DNA of 62,248 bases from a virus (Duplodnaviria; Caudoviricetes), in the IMG/VR virus record IMGVR_UViG_3300028490_000008, positions 1-62,248 of that record. One strand, written 5' to 3'. The notes under the pieces are model-generated. The model was not told the origin of the DNA. It saw only the letters and a list, made by a program, of their open reading frames with translations, and did not search any database. Positions 27,624-36,745 of the stretch are shown here, in pieces. How positions within the stretch are numbered: position 1 is the first letter of the stretch; each line of letters begins with the position of its first letter. The translations under genes and the position numbers were made by a program.

Positions 27624-28442
27624 ATGAATTGGGTAAGCACAGACGCAACGTCTAGTGGCTACGGAGTCCCTATTGTTGCCCCTACTGATGGACTAGAAAC
27701 AGATTGTGTCAAGAGAGAAGAAGTATCTACTGACATAAGCCCAGGTAGTACATGGACCAAAACTGTCGATGGGTATGATGAAGAAATCATAACTGAGGGC
27801 ACTGGCACTGGAACAGGGGAAACTTATTCTGCTCCGGGCTATGTGGAAAGTGGATATATAGAAGGTGGCTCTTGCCAACAAGAGGAACAATATGTCGCTG
27901 ATGGCTATGTAGCTTCTGGATACGTAGAAGGACAAGAAGCACCAGATGGTTACTACAAGAGTGGTTATGTCTCAGCAGGATATGCAGAGGGTGACACGCA
28001 GTCTGCTCCGAAGTATGTCGCTGACGGTTATGTCGCTGACGGTTATGTTGAAGGAAGCAGAACATCTGCACCTAAATATATGGCTGATGGTTACGTAGCT
28101 GATGGCTATGTAGAAGGAGGAGAGCCTGTTTGTACTATAGGAACTCCTGATGTGATAACTCACGTATGGCATCCTGCTGTATGGGAGAGATGGGTACTCG
28201 ATCCTGTTATAACACCATATGTACACAGTGCATATTTTGAGAGTGATGTTGTGTCTGTTGGTTGTCACCCATACAAGGAAGCAAAGCTAGATCCTTTTGA
28301 AGAGATGTACTTATTGTTCCCGTTCGGAGATACTGTTGCAGGCTTGCTAAAGAATAAGCAGTTGAGTTCAGAGTTTGGACTGAGAATGAGCATACAAGAC
28401 AGAGCTGACTTGGGCGAGAGAGTATTAGAGGGTGCAGTATGA
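27624..28442 (+). CDS. Protein with five YVxxGYVxxGYVEG repeat blocks
   Basis: YVADGYVADGYVEG-type repeats; exact 15-bp DNA duplication at 28014-28043. Confidence 0.75.
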   Translation: MNWVSTDATSSGYGVPIVAPTDGLETDCVKREEVSTDISPGSTWTKTVDGYDEEIITEGTGTGTGETYSAPGYVESGYIEGGSCQQEEQYVADGYVASGYVEGQEAPDGYYKSGYVSAGYAEGDTQSAPKYVADGYVADGYVEGSRTSAPKYMADGYVADGYVEGGEPVCTIGTPDVITHVWHPAVWERWVLDPVITPYVHSAYFESDVVSVGCHPYKEAKLDPFEEMYLLFPFGDTVAGLLKNKQLSSEFGLRMSIQDRADLGERVLEGAV

Positions 28443-28942
28443 GTTTCATGAGTGTATTCACAGACAAGAAAGATGTACAGATTAAAGACGTAGAGAAGCT
28501 CATCAGAGAACTGAAAGATGTTCAGATGAGTATCGTTGCCTTTACTAATGACTACACTATTGACTCAGACATATCTGAAATGATAGGCAAGTTGAAGGCT
28601 CAAAACCCTAACGAACTTAGTGGTGAAACCATTATTGAGTTTCTGGTTTATCTTAGTGATAAGACGAAGACTAAGGGAGATATGACACAATCACACTATA
28701 CTGACACCATGATGAAAGTTGTTCACGCCAAATTGGAACTACTTGTCATATACCATACAGGATTAGTAAGAGGGAGTGTATTGAGACAGATATTTTCTGT
28801 ATCTACAATACTTCCAATAATCGTAGTGATAATGTTTGCTCTTGTTGCATTAGTAACAGTGCATAAGTTTGACCCTATGCTGTTCTCTGATATGGGACTT
28901 ACCAACAAACAACATACACACACAAAAGGTGGTACGAAGTGA
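28439..28942 (+). CDS. Membrane protein with C-terminal TM helix
   Basis: ILPIIVVIMFALVALVTV; ATGA and GTGA overlaps. Confidence 0.75.
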   Translation: MSFMSVFTDKKDVQIKDVEKLIRELKDVQMSIVAFTNDYTIDSDISEMIGKLKAQNPNELSGETIIEFLVYLSDKTKTKGDMTQSHYTDTMMKVVHAKLELLVIYHTGLVRGSVLRQIFSVSTILPIIVVIMFALVALVTVHKFDPMLFSDMGLTNKQHTHTKGGTK

Positions 28943-29574
28943 TTTCATTTTTCAAAGACTTATTTAGCGGTACATCAGAAGATACAGATGTAGATGAGGA
29001 CAAGCTTGACTCTGTTAAGAACAAGATGACAATACGTCTATCTGATACAAAGACTCCTTCATTAGATTACCCAAGAGGGTTCGATGCGAACAAGCCAACG
29101 ATTGTAATCCTAGATGACAGTTCTGGAGCCACTTTGTTGTTTGATGACAATATTAAAGAGTTGCAAGCAGAAGGTGGTCTTGCAGCAGAACTACAGTTCC
29201 TCAAGGTGAGCACACCACAGGCTGTTTTTATGCTCCGAGGGGAATTGGATAAGGGAAGACTAAATAACATCGTAGGGGCTGTGCTAGACATCACTATAGG
29301 CGGATATGCTATCGTTGATGGACACACTGTGATACTTGACGGGATAGATGCACATAAAATCATAAGTGACAGATTTCCAAAGGCTGCTATGAGGTTCTTT
29401 ACATCTCACTCAATGAACGAGAAGAATGCAGAGATATATAGGTTCATGAAGAAGTATGAAGAGTATGCAGGCGAGAGCATTGTAGAGAAGACATACATGA
29501 AGAACCCTTTCACTACGAACCGTATAGATATGCTTAGGGATATTCTAGGGGAAATAAATGATGTTAAGAGTTAG
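28939..29574 (+). CDS. Stand-alone response-regulator receiver-like protein
   Basis: IVILDD, VLDI (candidate phospho-Asp), DG.D, FFTSH, MKNP; no output domain seen. Confidence 0.75.
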   Translation: MISFFKDLFSGTSEDTDVDEDKLDSVKNKMTIRLSDTKTPSLDYPRGFDANKPTIVILDDSSGATLLFDDNIKELQAEGGLAAELQFLKVSTPQAVFMLRGELDKGRLNNIVGAVLDITIGGYAIVDGHTVILDGIDAHKIISDRFPKAAMRFFTSHSMNEKNAEIYRFMKKYEEYAGESIVEKTYMKNPFTTNRIDMLRDILGEINDVKS

Positions 29575-30961
29575 AGCCTTTGCTGATCCGGAGAGTTTAT
29601 CGTTTGTTGCCAAGTTCTTCATTGTATTTGCTATTGCATATGCATTCGTCGTAACAGTTGCCTTCTACTTCATCCTTGGTGAGTGGAGGACATATGCACA
29701 AAGCACAGTGTCCACTGTGTCAATAGCGAACAACGGTTCTATAACTGAGACGTGTGAGATACTTAACTGTGCATATTTTGATGTAGACGGGGTTAGAGTA
29801 TATCACCAAAAGAACGGTGAGTATACAGAGCTTGCACATAAAAATGTAGGGTTTACAGATTTAATCGAAGACCTATTGGTGATACCAGTAGAAACAAAAG
29901 ACCACTCAGTTACACTTGGTCTATCTGTCAGAAGCCTGTGTACATTCTATACAAACACAATTCTCACCTTGTATGTTTTCCTTATGGTGCTGTCACTTAT
30001 CTTTCTTATGCGATATCTTATAAGCAGTAATATAAAGTCTCTCAAAGACGGGGCAAGCAACACTGCATCCCTGCATAATAAGAATATGTCAATGCTTGCA
30101 GAGCAGTTACATCACGAGCTGAACACTCCTCTGTCTGTAGTGAAAGAACTGTGCGACAAAGTGTTCTCTAATATGGAGGTAGCATCTACTTGTAATAGAG
30201 TTGACAAAGGCTCGTCGCCATGTACCTCTTGCACAATGCCTGAGAAGTTTGCAGAGATGTCAAACTTCAAGAGGATAATAGATAACAATATCAGACAGGC
30301 TTTCGTATTTATAGAGAGAATGGCTGATGTTAAACAGATACGATACTCAAATGGTAACAAGAGTATATACGACATAGCCAAAGCCACCTTTGACATAATG
30401 GGTGTATACAATAGGACAAACTATACATACGATATAGATGTGTCCCTACGTAATTACAGAATAGACCATGGGTCAGGGCTCAAAAACCATGAGCTTATGA
30501 ACATCTTGGTTAATCATATAAAGAACTCGCTAGAAGCAGGGTCTTGTCATATCGTTGTGTCTCTGAATAAAGTTGTACACTACAAGATGAATAGACTAGA
30601 CAGAAGCCTAGCAAAGGCTATTGATTTCCTAAGCACTCATGATTTAGGCGTAGGTACACCACTTGCAATAGTGATACTGTATAAGTTCATGTCAACAAAG
30701 GCGAGACACAACACTAAGCTTGCACGAGTTGCACTTATTGACAACGGAACAGGTATACCAGAGGAGTTCCAAAGTAAGATATTCAACTTGAATTCATCAA
30801 CCAAGAAGAAGAATGGTGTTATTCGTGGAGCAGGTCTATATCTCAACAGAGAGATACTTAGGGACTCAAGAGGTGATCTTTGGTTACATAAGACAAACAA
30901 GACTGGAACCACGTTTATACTAGATGTTCCCTGTGAGCAAGTCCCTAGCAGATTTGCATAA
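29558..30961 (+). CDS. Membrane sensor histidine kinase
   Basis: Two TM helices; H-box HHELNTPL, N-box NHIKNSLEA, G1 DNGTGIP, F-box KIF, G2 GAGLY. Confidence 0.92.
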   Translation: MMLRVRAFADPESLSFVAKFFIVFAIAYAFVVTVAFYFILGEWRTYAQSTVSTVSIANNGSITETCEILNCAYFDVDGVRVYHQKNGEYTELAHKNVGFTDLIEDLLVIPVETKDHSVTLGLSVRSLCTFYTNTILTLYVFLMVLSLIFLMRYLISSNIKSLKDGASNTASLHNKNMSMLAEQLHHELNTPLSVVKELCDKVFSNMEVASTCNRVDKGSSPCTSCTMPEKFAEMSNFKRIIDNNIRQAFVFIERMADVKQIRYSNGNKSIYDIAKATFDIMGVYNRTNYTYDIDVSLRNYRIDHGSGLKNHELMNILVNHIKNSLEAGSCHIVVSLNKVVHYKMNRLDRSLAKAIDFLSTHDLGVGTPLAIVILYKFMSTKARHNTKLARVALIDNGTGIPEEFQSKIFNLNSSTKKKNGVIRGAGLYLNREILRDSRGDLWLHKTNKTGTTFILDVPCEQVPSRFA

Positions 30962-31013
30962 AAAATAGTACAATAAGAACTGAGTTAAACTCAACCAATT
31001 TTAGGAGAAAAAT

Positions 31014-32351
31014 ATGCCAAACGCAGAAATGGTAGCCTTGCTACAACACTTAATGGCGATCTCTGGTGCCCATACAGGTACAGCGATCAAAAACGCTATA
31101 GACAATCTTGTCGGAACACATGATATTGATGTCGATGCTTTACAAGCGAAGATCCAGGTAATTCAAGACATTCTTGATGCTGACCCTTCGACACCGGAGT
31201 TTGACCAAGCTCAGAACATCATCACATCACTTAATGCAATCCTTGCTCGTCTTTCAGCAGTAGAAACAACTATTGCTCGCTTAGAGGGTGACGAAACAGT
31301 TGCAGGTTCAGTAGACTTTAAAGTAGCGGCTGAGAGAGCACGTGCAATGGCGGCTGAACAAGCTAACGCTGCATGTTGTTCAACTAACGGTACTGCACTT
31401 GCTGCACACATCGCTGCATACGACACATTCGTTACAGCAACAAATGCATCACTTACAACTCTTGCATCTGATGTTGCAGACAATACTCAAGCTATCACTG
31501 ATGAGGTTGCTCGTGCAACTGCTGCTGAAACAGCTATCAATGATGCTCTTGCAGCTATTCAGACTGCAACTGGTGCTTCTGATGCTGACCTTGCTGACCT
31601 TACTACTCTCGTTGGAGACATTGTAACTGGTACAGGGCTTAATGCTGATGGTTCGTTTACACCAGACACCGCAGCTTCAGATGCAACAAACCTATACGAG
31701 TACATTCATGATGTAACTGCTGAAGGTGCTGACCGTGCGAATACACTACGTAGAGCAATCAGACGTCTAGCACGTAAGTCTCGTCTTGCTGATAATGCAC
31801 TTGATGCACGTCTTGACATTCTTGAAGGTGACGCAACTGTCGCTGGTTCAATTATGCAAATCGTTACTGATGCAGTTGCTACTGAAGAGACTAGAGCACT
31901 AGCGGCTGAAGCTGTACTTGCTCAAGCTGTTGCAGATGAGGAAACTCGTGCTACTGCTGCTGAAGTTGCATTACAGGCTCAGATCGATAGTCTTTCTGGT
32001 GGTGGTTCTGGTTCTATCCAGGGTGTCCGTGATGAACTTGACGATACACAAGTAGGTGCAGGTCTTGAAGCTGATGGTTCATATGCACCAGATGCTACAA
32101 CTGAGTACCTTGGTTCAGCTACATCTTTAAAAGATGCTGACAAGAAACTTGACGTAGAGATTAAAGGTCTTGAAGATCGCAAGGCTGACCGTACAGAAGT
32201 TGTATTGTCTGCTGATATCGCATCTATCGACTTCTCTGCTCTAGGTACAATCTTCTTAGATGCACTTAACTGTGGACTTACAGGTGGGACAGATTGTGAC
32301 GTAGTTACAACTACTCCTGCAGGTGGTGGCGGTGACGGTGCAGTTCTATAA
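31014..32351 (+). CDS. Ala-rich coiled-coil virion fibre-like protein
   Basis: Repeated E..RA.AAE and LEGD.TVAGS units; AGGAG RBS; TACAAT at 30969-30974. Confidence 0.65.
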   Translation: MPNAEMVALLQHLMAISGAHTGTAIKNAIDNLVGTHDIDVDALQAKIQVIQDILDADPSTPEFDQAQNIITSLNAILARLSAVETTIARLEGDETVAGSVDFKVAAERARAMAAEQANAACCSTNGTALAAHIAAYDTFVTATNASLTTLASDVADNTQAITDEVARATAAETAINDALAAIQTATGASDADLADLTTLVGDIVTGTGLNADGSFTPDTAASDATNLYEYIHDVTAEGADRANTLRRAIRRLARKSRLADNALDARLDILEGDATVAGSIMQIVTDAVATEETRALAAEAVLAQAVADEETRATAAEVALQAQIDSLSGGGSGSIQGVRDELDDTQVGAGLEADGSYAPDATTEYLGSATSLKDADKKLDVEIKGLEDRKADRTEVVLSADIASIDFSALGTIFLDALNCGLTGGTDCDVVTTTPAGGGGDGAVL

Positions 32352-32366
32352 GGACTGTGCTTTATA

Positions 32367-32388
32367 GGAGACTCCTCACCGAGTCTCC
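32367..32388 (+). terminator. Hairpin after the 31014 gene (terminator or stabiliser)
   Basis: GGAGACTC-ctcacc-GAGTCTCC; weak U-tail. Confidence 0.5.
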
Positions 32389-32410
32389 GTTAAAATACAG
32401 GAGGTGTTAG

Positions 32411-32962
32411 ATGAAGAGAATGGTGCTTTTTTCTGGAGGCGTAGACTCAACAGCTCTGCTTTTACAAGAGCTTGAGAGTGGTAGTGATGTCCTGGTGGTT
32501 CATCTTATACTCAAGACAGAAACAAATAGATGGCAACTAGAGATGGTTGCTTGTGCAAGAGTGATAGCAGAACTACACGCACGAGGGTATGACTTTGAAT
32601 ATATGGATGTGACAGTAGATGCAACCGCAATGGGTGGAGGTAGAGACAGTTGGTATTATATCCAAACAGCAGCTAATATTGCCAGAAACAGAGAAGACAT
32701 TATTGCTGTAGCTGTAGGGTTTATAGATGACGAGGCAGAAGCTATAGCCTTCCCTCAAACCATAAACAACACCGAGCTTTTCAGAGGTTGCAAGGGGACA
32801 AGTTGTGCTGAACTTACATATCCTCTTGCAGGCAAAACAAAGAAAGAGCTTATCGCTAAAATGGGTAATCTCTTTGAATGCACGTTCTCTTGCAGGGTTC
32901 CCGTAGGCATAGAGCCATGTGGACAATGCAATACTTGCAAAGCCATTAAAGAAGCATTGTAG
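32411..32962 (+). CDS. queC: QueC-like PP-loop ATPase (7-cyano-7-deazaguanine synthase family)
   Basis: VLFSGGVDST PP-loop; PL...TK; TFSC...PCGQCNTC Zn site. Confidence 0.75.
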   Translation: MKRMVLFSGGVDSTALLLQELESGSDVLVVHLILKTETNRWQLEMVACARVIAELHARGYDFEYMDVTVDATAMGGGRDSWYYIQTAANIARNREDIIAVAVGFIDDEAEAIAFPQTINNTELFRGCKGTSCAELTYPLAGKTKKELIAKMGNLFECTFSCRVPVGIEPCGQCNTCKAIKEAL

Positions 32963-32976
32963 CATGAAATCTTTTC

Positions 32977-32985
32977 TGCTATAAT
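32977..32985 (+). promoter_or_regulatory. Extended -10 promoter TGCTATAAT
   Basis: Perfect consensus upstream of 33023. Confidence 0.7.
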
Positions 32986-33022
32986 TGTATGAAACAAAAA
33001 CAAAAACACTAAAGGAACACAC

Positions 33023-34108
33023 ATGCCATACCTAGCACCAACAGCAAGCGTAAATAACTTGTTAGTAAACGAAGTATCAAATGACGCAACATTCACAGCA
33101 CCAGAGACAGGAATATACCTAGTTTCTTCTTTAAAGATAGAAAGTGGGAGCACAGATGGATCTGGCAACCTTACAATGGAAGCAACTGCAGGTGGAACAT
33201 CTGTCCCTACTATGGACGGAGTAGCTCCAACTACAACTGGTGATGTTCTACTTTCTAAGTATCACTTCACTAAAGATACAGAATATACAATCATGGGGTC
33301 TGGTTCAAGACTTACGTGTATGATTGCTCACTCTGCATATTTTACAGACAGAACAGATAAAGGTTCAGAGCTTACATTTGATGAAATGGATGAGAACTTT
33401 ACTCTTGGTGCGATTGCTCTTGATAAGATTGAGAAGGAAATGGGCACAGCTCTATTAAAGCAAGCTAAGCCAGATGTTGTTATCGACTTATTCAATGGTA
33501 TCAGTGAAGAGCAACTCACAGTATCTACAGGGCACGACCTTATGCTTGGTGTAGATGACAACGGTGCTATCGGTTGGGGTAGAATTGTATCTTCTGAAGG
33601 TGACTACAACTTCTCTGTCACTAGAGAAATCAGTATTGACCTAGAAGAGGACTTGGATGCAATGCATGGCCCTATCACTCTTCACCACGATGGAGAGACG
33701 GGATACTTCCTTAAGTGTAACAAGAAGTATAATGATGGATATGGAAACATTGCGTGGAGTGGCTCGGCTACTATCTCTAATGGGGATCTTATTGCGAGAC
33801 TAATGGAAGAGTTGACGCTTGCTGAAGTAAACAAGCTTAACTACTCAAGACCATACTCTGTATGTGTTGCTAGAGTTAACGACCATACGAAGTCAGGACT
33901 AGGACTGTGTGTTGTTAATAACCTAGACACTGGCGTACCAACACCGGTAGTATTTGAGGCAAGAGAGACATCGGCTTATTTCAATAGAGTGCTTACAACT
34001 CTTGCATACGAAGTTAATAGCTACAACTACCCTATTAAAAGATGGTGTGCTCTTGGTCTTGATGAGTATGAGAATATTACTTTTGACCCAACTTCTCCGG
34101 CAGCCTAA
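33023..34108 (+). CDS. Putative tail/virion appendage protein
   Basis: FTAPETGIYLV beta motif; internal RTDKGSELTFDEMDENF motif. Confidence 0.6.
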   Translation: MPYLAPTASVNNLLVNEVSNDATFTAPETGIYLVSSLKIESGSTDGSGNLTMEATAGGTSVPTMDGVAPTTTGDVLLSKYHFTKDTEYTIMGSGSRLTCMIAHSAYFTDRTDKGSELTFDEMDENFTLGAIALDKIEKEMGTALLKQAKPDVVIDLFNGISEEQLTVSTGHDLMLGVDDNGAIGWGRIVSSEGDYNFSVTREISIDLEEDLDAMHGPITLHHDGETGYFLKCNKKYNDGYGNIAWSGSATISNGDLIARLMEELTLAEVNKLNYSRPYSVCVARVNDHTKSGLGLCVVNNLDTGVPTPVVFEARETSAYFNRVLTTLAYEVNSYNYPIKRWCALGLDEYENITFDPTSPAA

Positions 34109-34740
34109 TGAGGCACGATAACCTCACTGCGGTTATCCCTCACTACAACACCCCAAAGTCCCTCCTTGCGAGGGCAATAAAATCCCTTGACAAATATGGA
34201 ATAAAGTATATCATCGTAGATGATGGCAGCGACGAAAAGCATAAGGCTGGACTACTGCAATACAAAGATAGAGTTATATTCCTGAAAGAGAATAAGGGAC
34301 AGGGGTATGCTAATTATGTGGGATTTTATGCCGTAGAGACAAAGTGGGCAATGAGAATGGACAGTGATGATTACCTCACGACAGATCCATCTTATGATGA
34401 TGAGGCAGTTGTGCATACACAAGCATCTATATACCCACAGCCAAAATCAGCAAACGAGTTGTTTGCGAAGCCATATGCTTATTTAGCCGGTGCTGTTGCA
34501 AGATCATCTGTGTATGTAAAAGTGTACTCTGACATAGTGTCGGTTAGGATGATGGAAGATATAGAAGCCATGGGTAACATGTTTGGTAACAATATGACAA
34601 TGAAGCACCATGACACTATATGGTATGCATACGAGAGTAAAAGAGAAGGTAGTGTGACAGGAAGTAGAACTCCAGGTGAATGCAGTGCTATCAAAAAGAA
34701 GATAATCAAGGCTCACGCTTTAAAATTCAAGACTAGGTAA
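34108..34740 (+). CDS. Glycosyltransferase family 2
   Basis: VIPHYN, IVDDGS, ENKGQG.A, DSDD, ED. Confidence 0.9.
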   Translation: MRHDNLTAVIPHYNTPKSLLARAIKSLDKYGIKYIIVDDGSDEKHKAGLLQYKDRVIFLKENKGQGYANYVGFYAVETKWAMRMDSDDYLTTDPSYDDEAVVHTQASIYPQPKSANELFAKPYAYLAGAVARSSVYVKVYSDIVSVRMMEDIEAMGNMFGNNMTMKHHDTIWYAYESKREGSVTGSRTPGECSAIKKKIIKAHALKFKTR

Positions 34741-34789
34741 ACGTATGCATATTATGGCATAATTCGTAACTAGATATTAAGGAGACACA

Positions 34790-35389
34790 ATGGCAGGTGC
34801 GTTATGGAAAAAAGAGGTTGTAATAAGACAGAACTCAAGTATAGGGATTGTAGCAGCTCAGAACTGGACAAAGAATTGGCTTGCCTCTTTTCAAGACGAG
34901 CCTGACAATATAGACGGGAACGGAGAATATATAGACCACTTCTTCGGTGACTTGTTTGATGCTAGAACCGGGAACTTGTATCGTATCTTTTCTGATGCAG
35001 CAGGAATAAAGTACAGCATGACAGATGTGATCTTCGATGTGCTTATTACATCAAAGTTTGTTCCATGGGTTAAGGTGAGCGATAATCCAGACCTAGCAGT
35101 AGATAGTGATTTCCTTATCACTCGTGGTGGGGTTGCTGATGTTGTAGCAGACTTTATCAAGGAAGCCAAAGTGGTGAATGATGCAGGCATTATCGTGGGA
35201 AACAACTTGACTTTAGCTCACTCTCCTGTTGGTGGATTGATAGGTGGTAAGTGTAACATAAAGTTCGCTAGTGGTGTTCTTGAAGAGGTGGATTGTACAG
35301 TTAGTGGCAACGTGGCAACTGTTGTTCCTGATACTTCCGGGGAATACAATGGTCAGATATGTATGGTGAGTTACCTAATTAACATATAG
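34790..35389 (+). CDS. Putative virion protein
   Basis: AAGGAG RBS; C-terminal TLAHSPVGG domain shared with 11623-12045. Confidence 0.7.
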   Translation: MAGALWKKEVVIRQNSSIGIVAAQNWTKNWLASFQDEPDNIDGNGEYIDHFFGDLFDARTGNLYRIFSDAAGIKYSMTDVIFDVLITSKFVPWVKVSDNPDLAVDSDFLITRGGVADVVADFIKEAKVVNDAGIIVGNNLTLAHSPVGGLIGGKCNIKFASGVLEEVDCTVSGNVATVVPDTSGEYNGQICMVSYLINI

Positions 35390-35408
35390 TGCTTTTCTTA
35401 CAACACTA

Positions 35409-35417
35409 TGCTATAAT
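35409..35417 (+). promoter_or_regulatory. Extended -10 promoter TGCTATAAT
   Basis: Perfect consensus upstream of 35446. Confidence 0.7.
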
Positions 35418-35445
35418 GATATAAAAATTTATACGCAAGGGAACA

Positions 35446-36288
35446 GTGATGTTGAAATTGGCTATGGCAGGACTAGAATACGATAAAGAAGCCTTCTTAG
35501 GAGGGATGATTGCAAAGACAATAGGTAAAGGTCTTGCAAAGCATGGACCTACTAAGGGAATGAAAGCAAAAGGTATGGGGATGATGAATGCTCATGCCTC
35601 CAGAGTAAGTAAAGCAAATCCTATGGCTGCCAGACTTAAGAGTACCGGAGGAATGGGTATCAAGGGAACCATCGGTAATATGATGGCCAGAAACTCAACA
35701 GGCAAGATGGCTGCACGTGGTAGAGCCATGATGCAATCAAAAGCTAAATCCAACGTACAAGCAAGCAGAGTAAATAGACGTGTTACTAGAGCTACAAATG
35801 AAATGGCAGGGAAAAGCAGAACTGTATCAGGTGCTCCTGCAGGAAGTATGCAAGACAATATGGCTAGAGGTAAGATTAAGTGGTCTCCTAGTCAAACCAG
35901 TGCCGTTCAAGGTGCAAAAGGTAAGGTCACATCAACTCCTGTTAAAACTCCAACTCAACAAGCTACAATAATGAACCCTAGCAAGATGACTCCTGCCAAC
36001 AATGTTCCTAATCCTAACGTGCCGAATGTACCGAAAGGGACACCTTCAACTACACCTGCTCCTTCTGGGGTAGGAACGACTGCAAATACTACTGTTTCAA
36101 GTCCTGCGGCAGTACCTCCTAAAGTGCCGAAGAGTAAAGGCTTCCTCAAAGATGTACACAAGTCATATAAGCAGACAGGTATGTATAAAGACTTTGGTAA
36201 TAAGCCATTGTATGCTGCCGGTGGTGTATCTGCGTATGCTGCAGGTGGCGGTGGTGGTGGTGGTTCACCTGTAGTAGTTAACAACTAA
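35446..36288 (+). CDS. Basic Met/Gly/Lys-rich low-complexity protein with N-terminal KLA and DKEA motifs
   Basis: MMLKLAMAGLEYDKEAFLGGMIAKTIGKGLAK; Pro/Thr-rich middle. Confidence 0.7.
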   Translation: MMLKLAMAGLEYDKEAFLGGMIAKTIGKGLAKHGPTKGMKAKGMGMMNAHASRVSKANPMAARLKSTGGMGIKGTIGNMMARNSTGKMAARGRAMMQSKAKSNVQASRVNRRVTRATNEMAGKSRTVSGAPAGSMQDNMARGKIKWSPSQTSAVQGAKGKVTSTPVKTPTQQATIMNPSKMTPANNVPNPNVPNVPKGTPSTTPAPSGVGTTANTTVSSPAAVPPKVPKSKGFLKDVHKSYKQTGMYKDFGNKPLYAAGGVSAYAAGGGGGGGSPVVVNN

Positions 36289-36298
36289 GGAGACTGCA

Positions 36299-36745
36299 AT
36301 GCTAGATCCAGAAAAAGTAAAAGCGTATCTTAGAGACAGAAAAGAACTGAACTACTTGCTTAATGGCAAGGAGCAGTTTGATGATGACGAGATAGCTATG
36401 TTTGATGCTGACGTTAGAGAAGAGATTGTACTTACTATCCCATCACTTATTGCAAGAAAAGATAAGATGCCTGACCTGATTGTTCTACATGGTGTAATTG
36501 CTAAACTTATGGAGTCTGTAGCTCAACAAGAGAACAGGAACCAAATGACACTAGGCGATGACAACGTGGGGCAAATAGACTTCTCTAACAAGTCCGACAA
36601 GTATTTCTCTATTGCACAACAGTATCACAATAAGATGCTAATGCTTGCACAAAATATGGCAGCATCCTCTTTCTACCAAGATGCATGGGGTGAAGTCAGT
36701 ATGGGTTCAAGTGACTACGAATTCTATATTGGCGGATCTGAATGA
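36299..36745 (+). CDS. Putative head-completion/neck protein
   Basis: 148 aa, helical; YLRD..ELN.L...RNQ...D....SNK...Y pattern recalls head-tail adaptors (weak). Confidence 0.45.
   Translation: MLDPEKVKAYLRDRKELNYLLNGKEQFDDDEIAMFDADVREEIVLTIPSLIARKDKMPDLIVLHGVIAKLMESVAQQENRNQMTLGDDNVGQIDFSNKSDKYFSIAQQYHNKMLMLAQNMAASSFYQDAWGEVSMGSSDYEFYIGGSE

Noticed and set aside
28439-28942. Holin call
   Set aside because: Only a C-terminal TM helix supports it; no endolysin or spanin recognised nearby
31014-32351. Tape measure protein
   Set aside because: Too short and acidic, with fibre-like RA.AAE repeats; no tail-chaperone context
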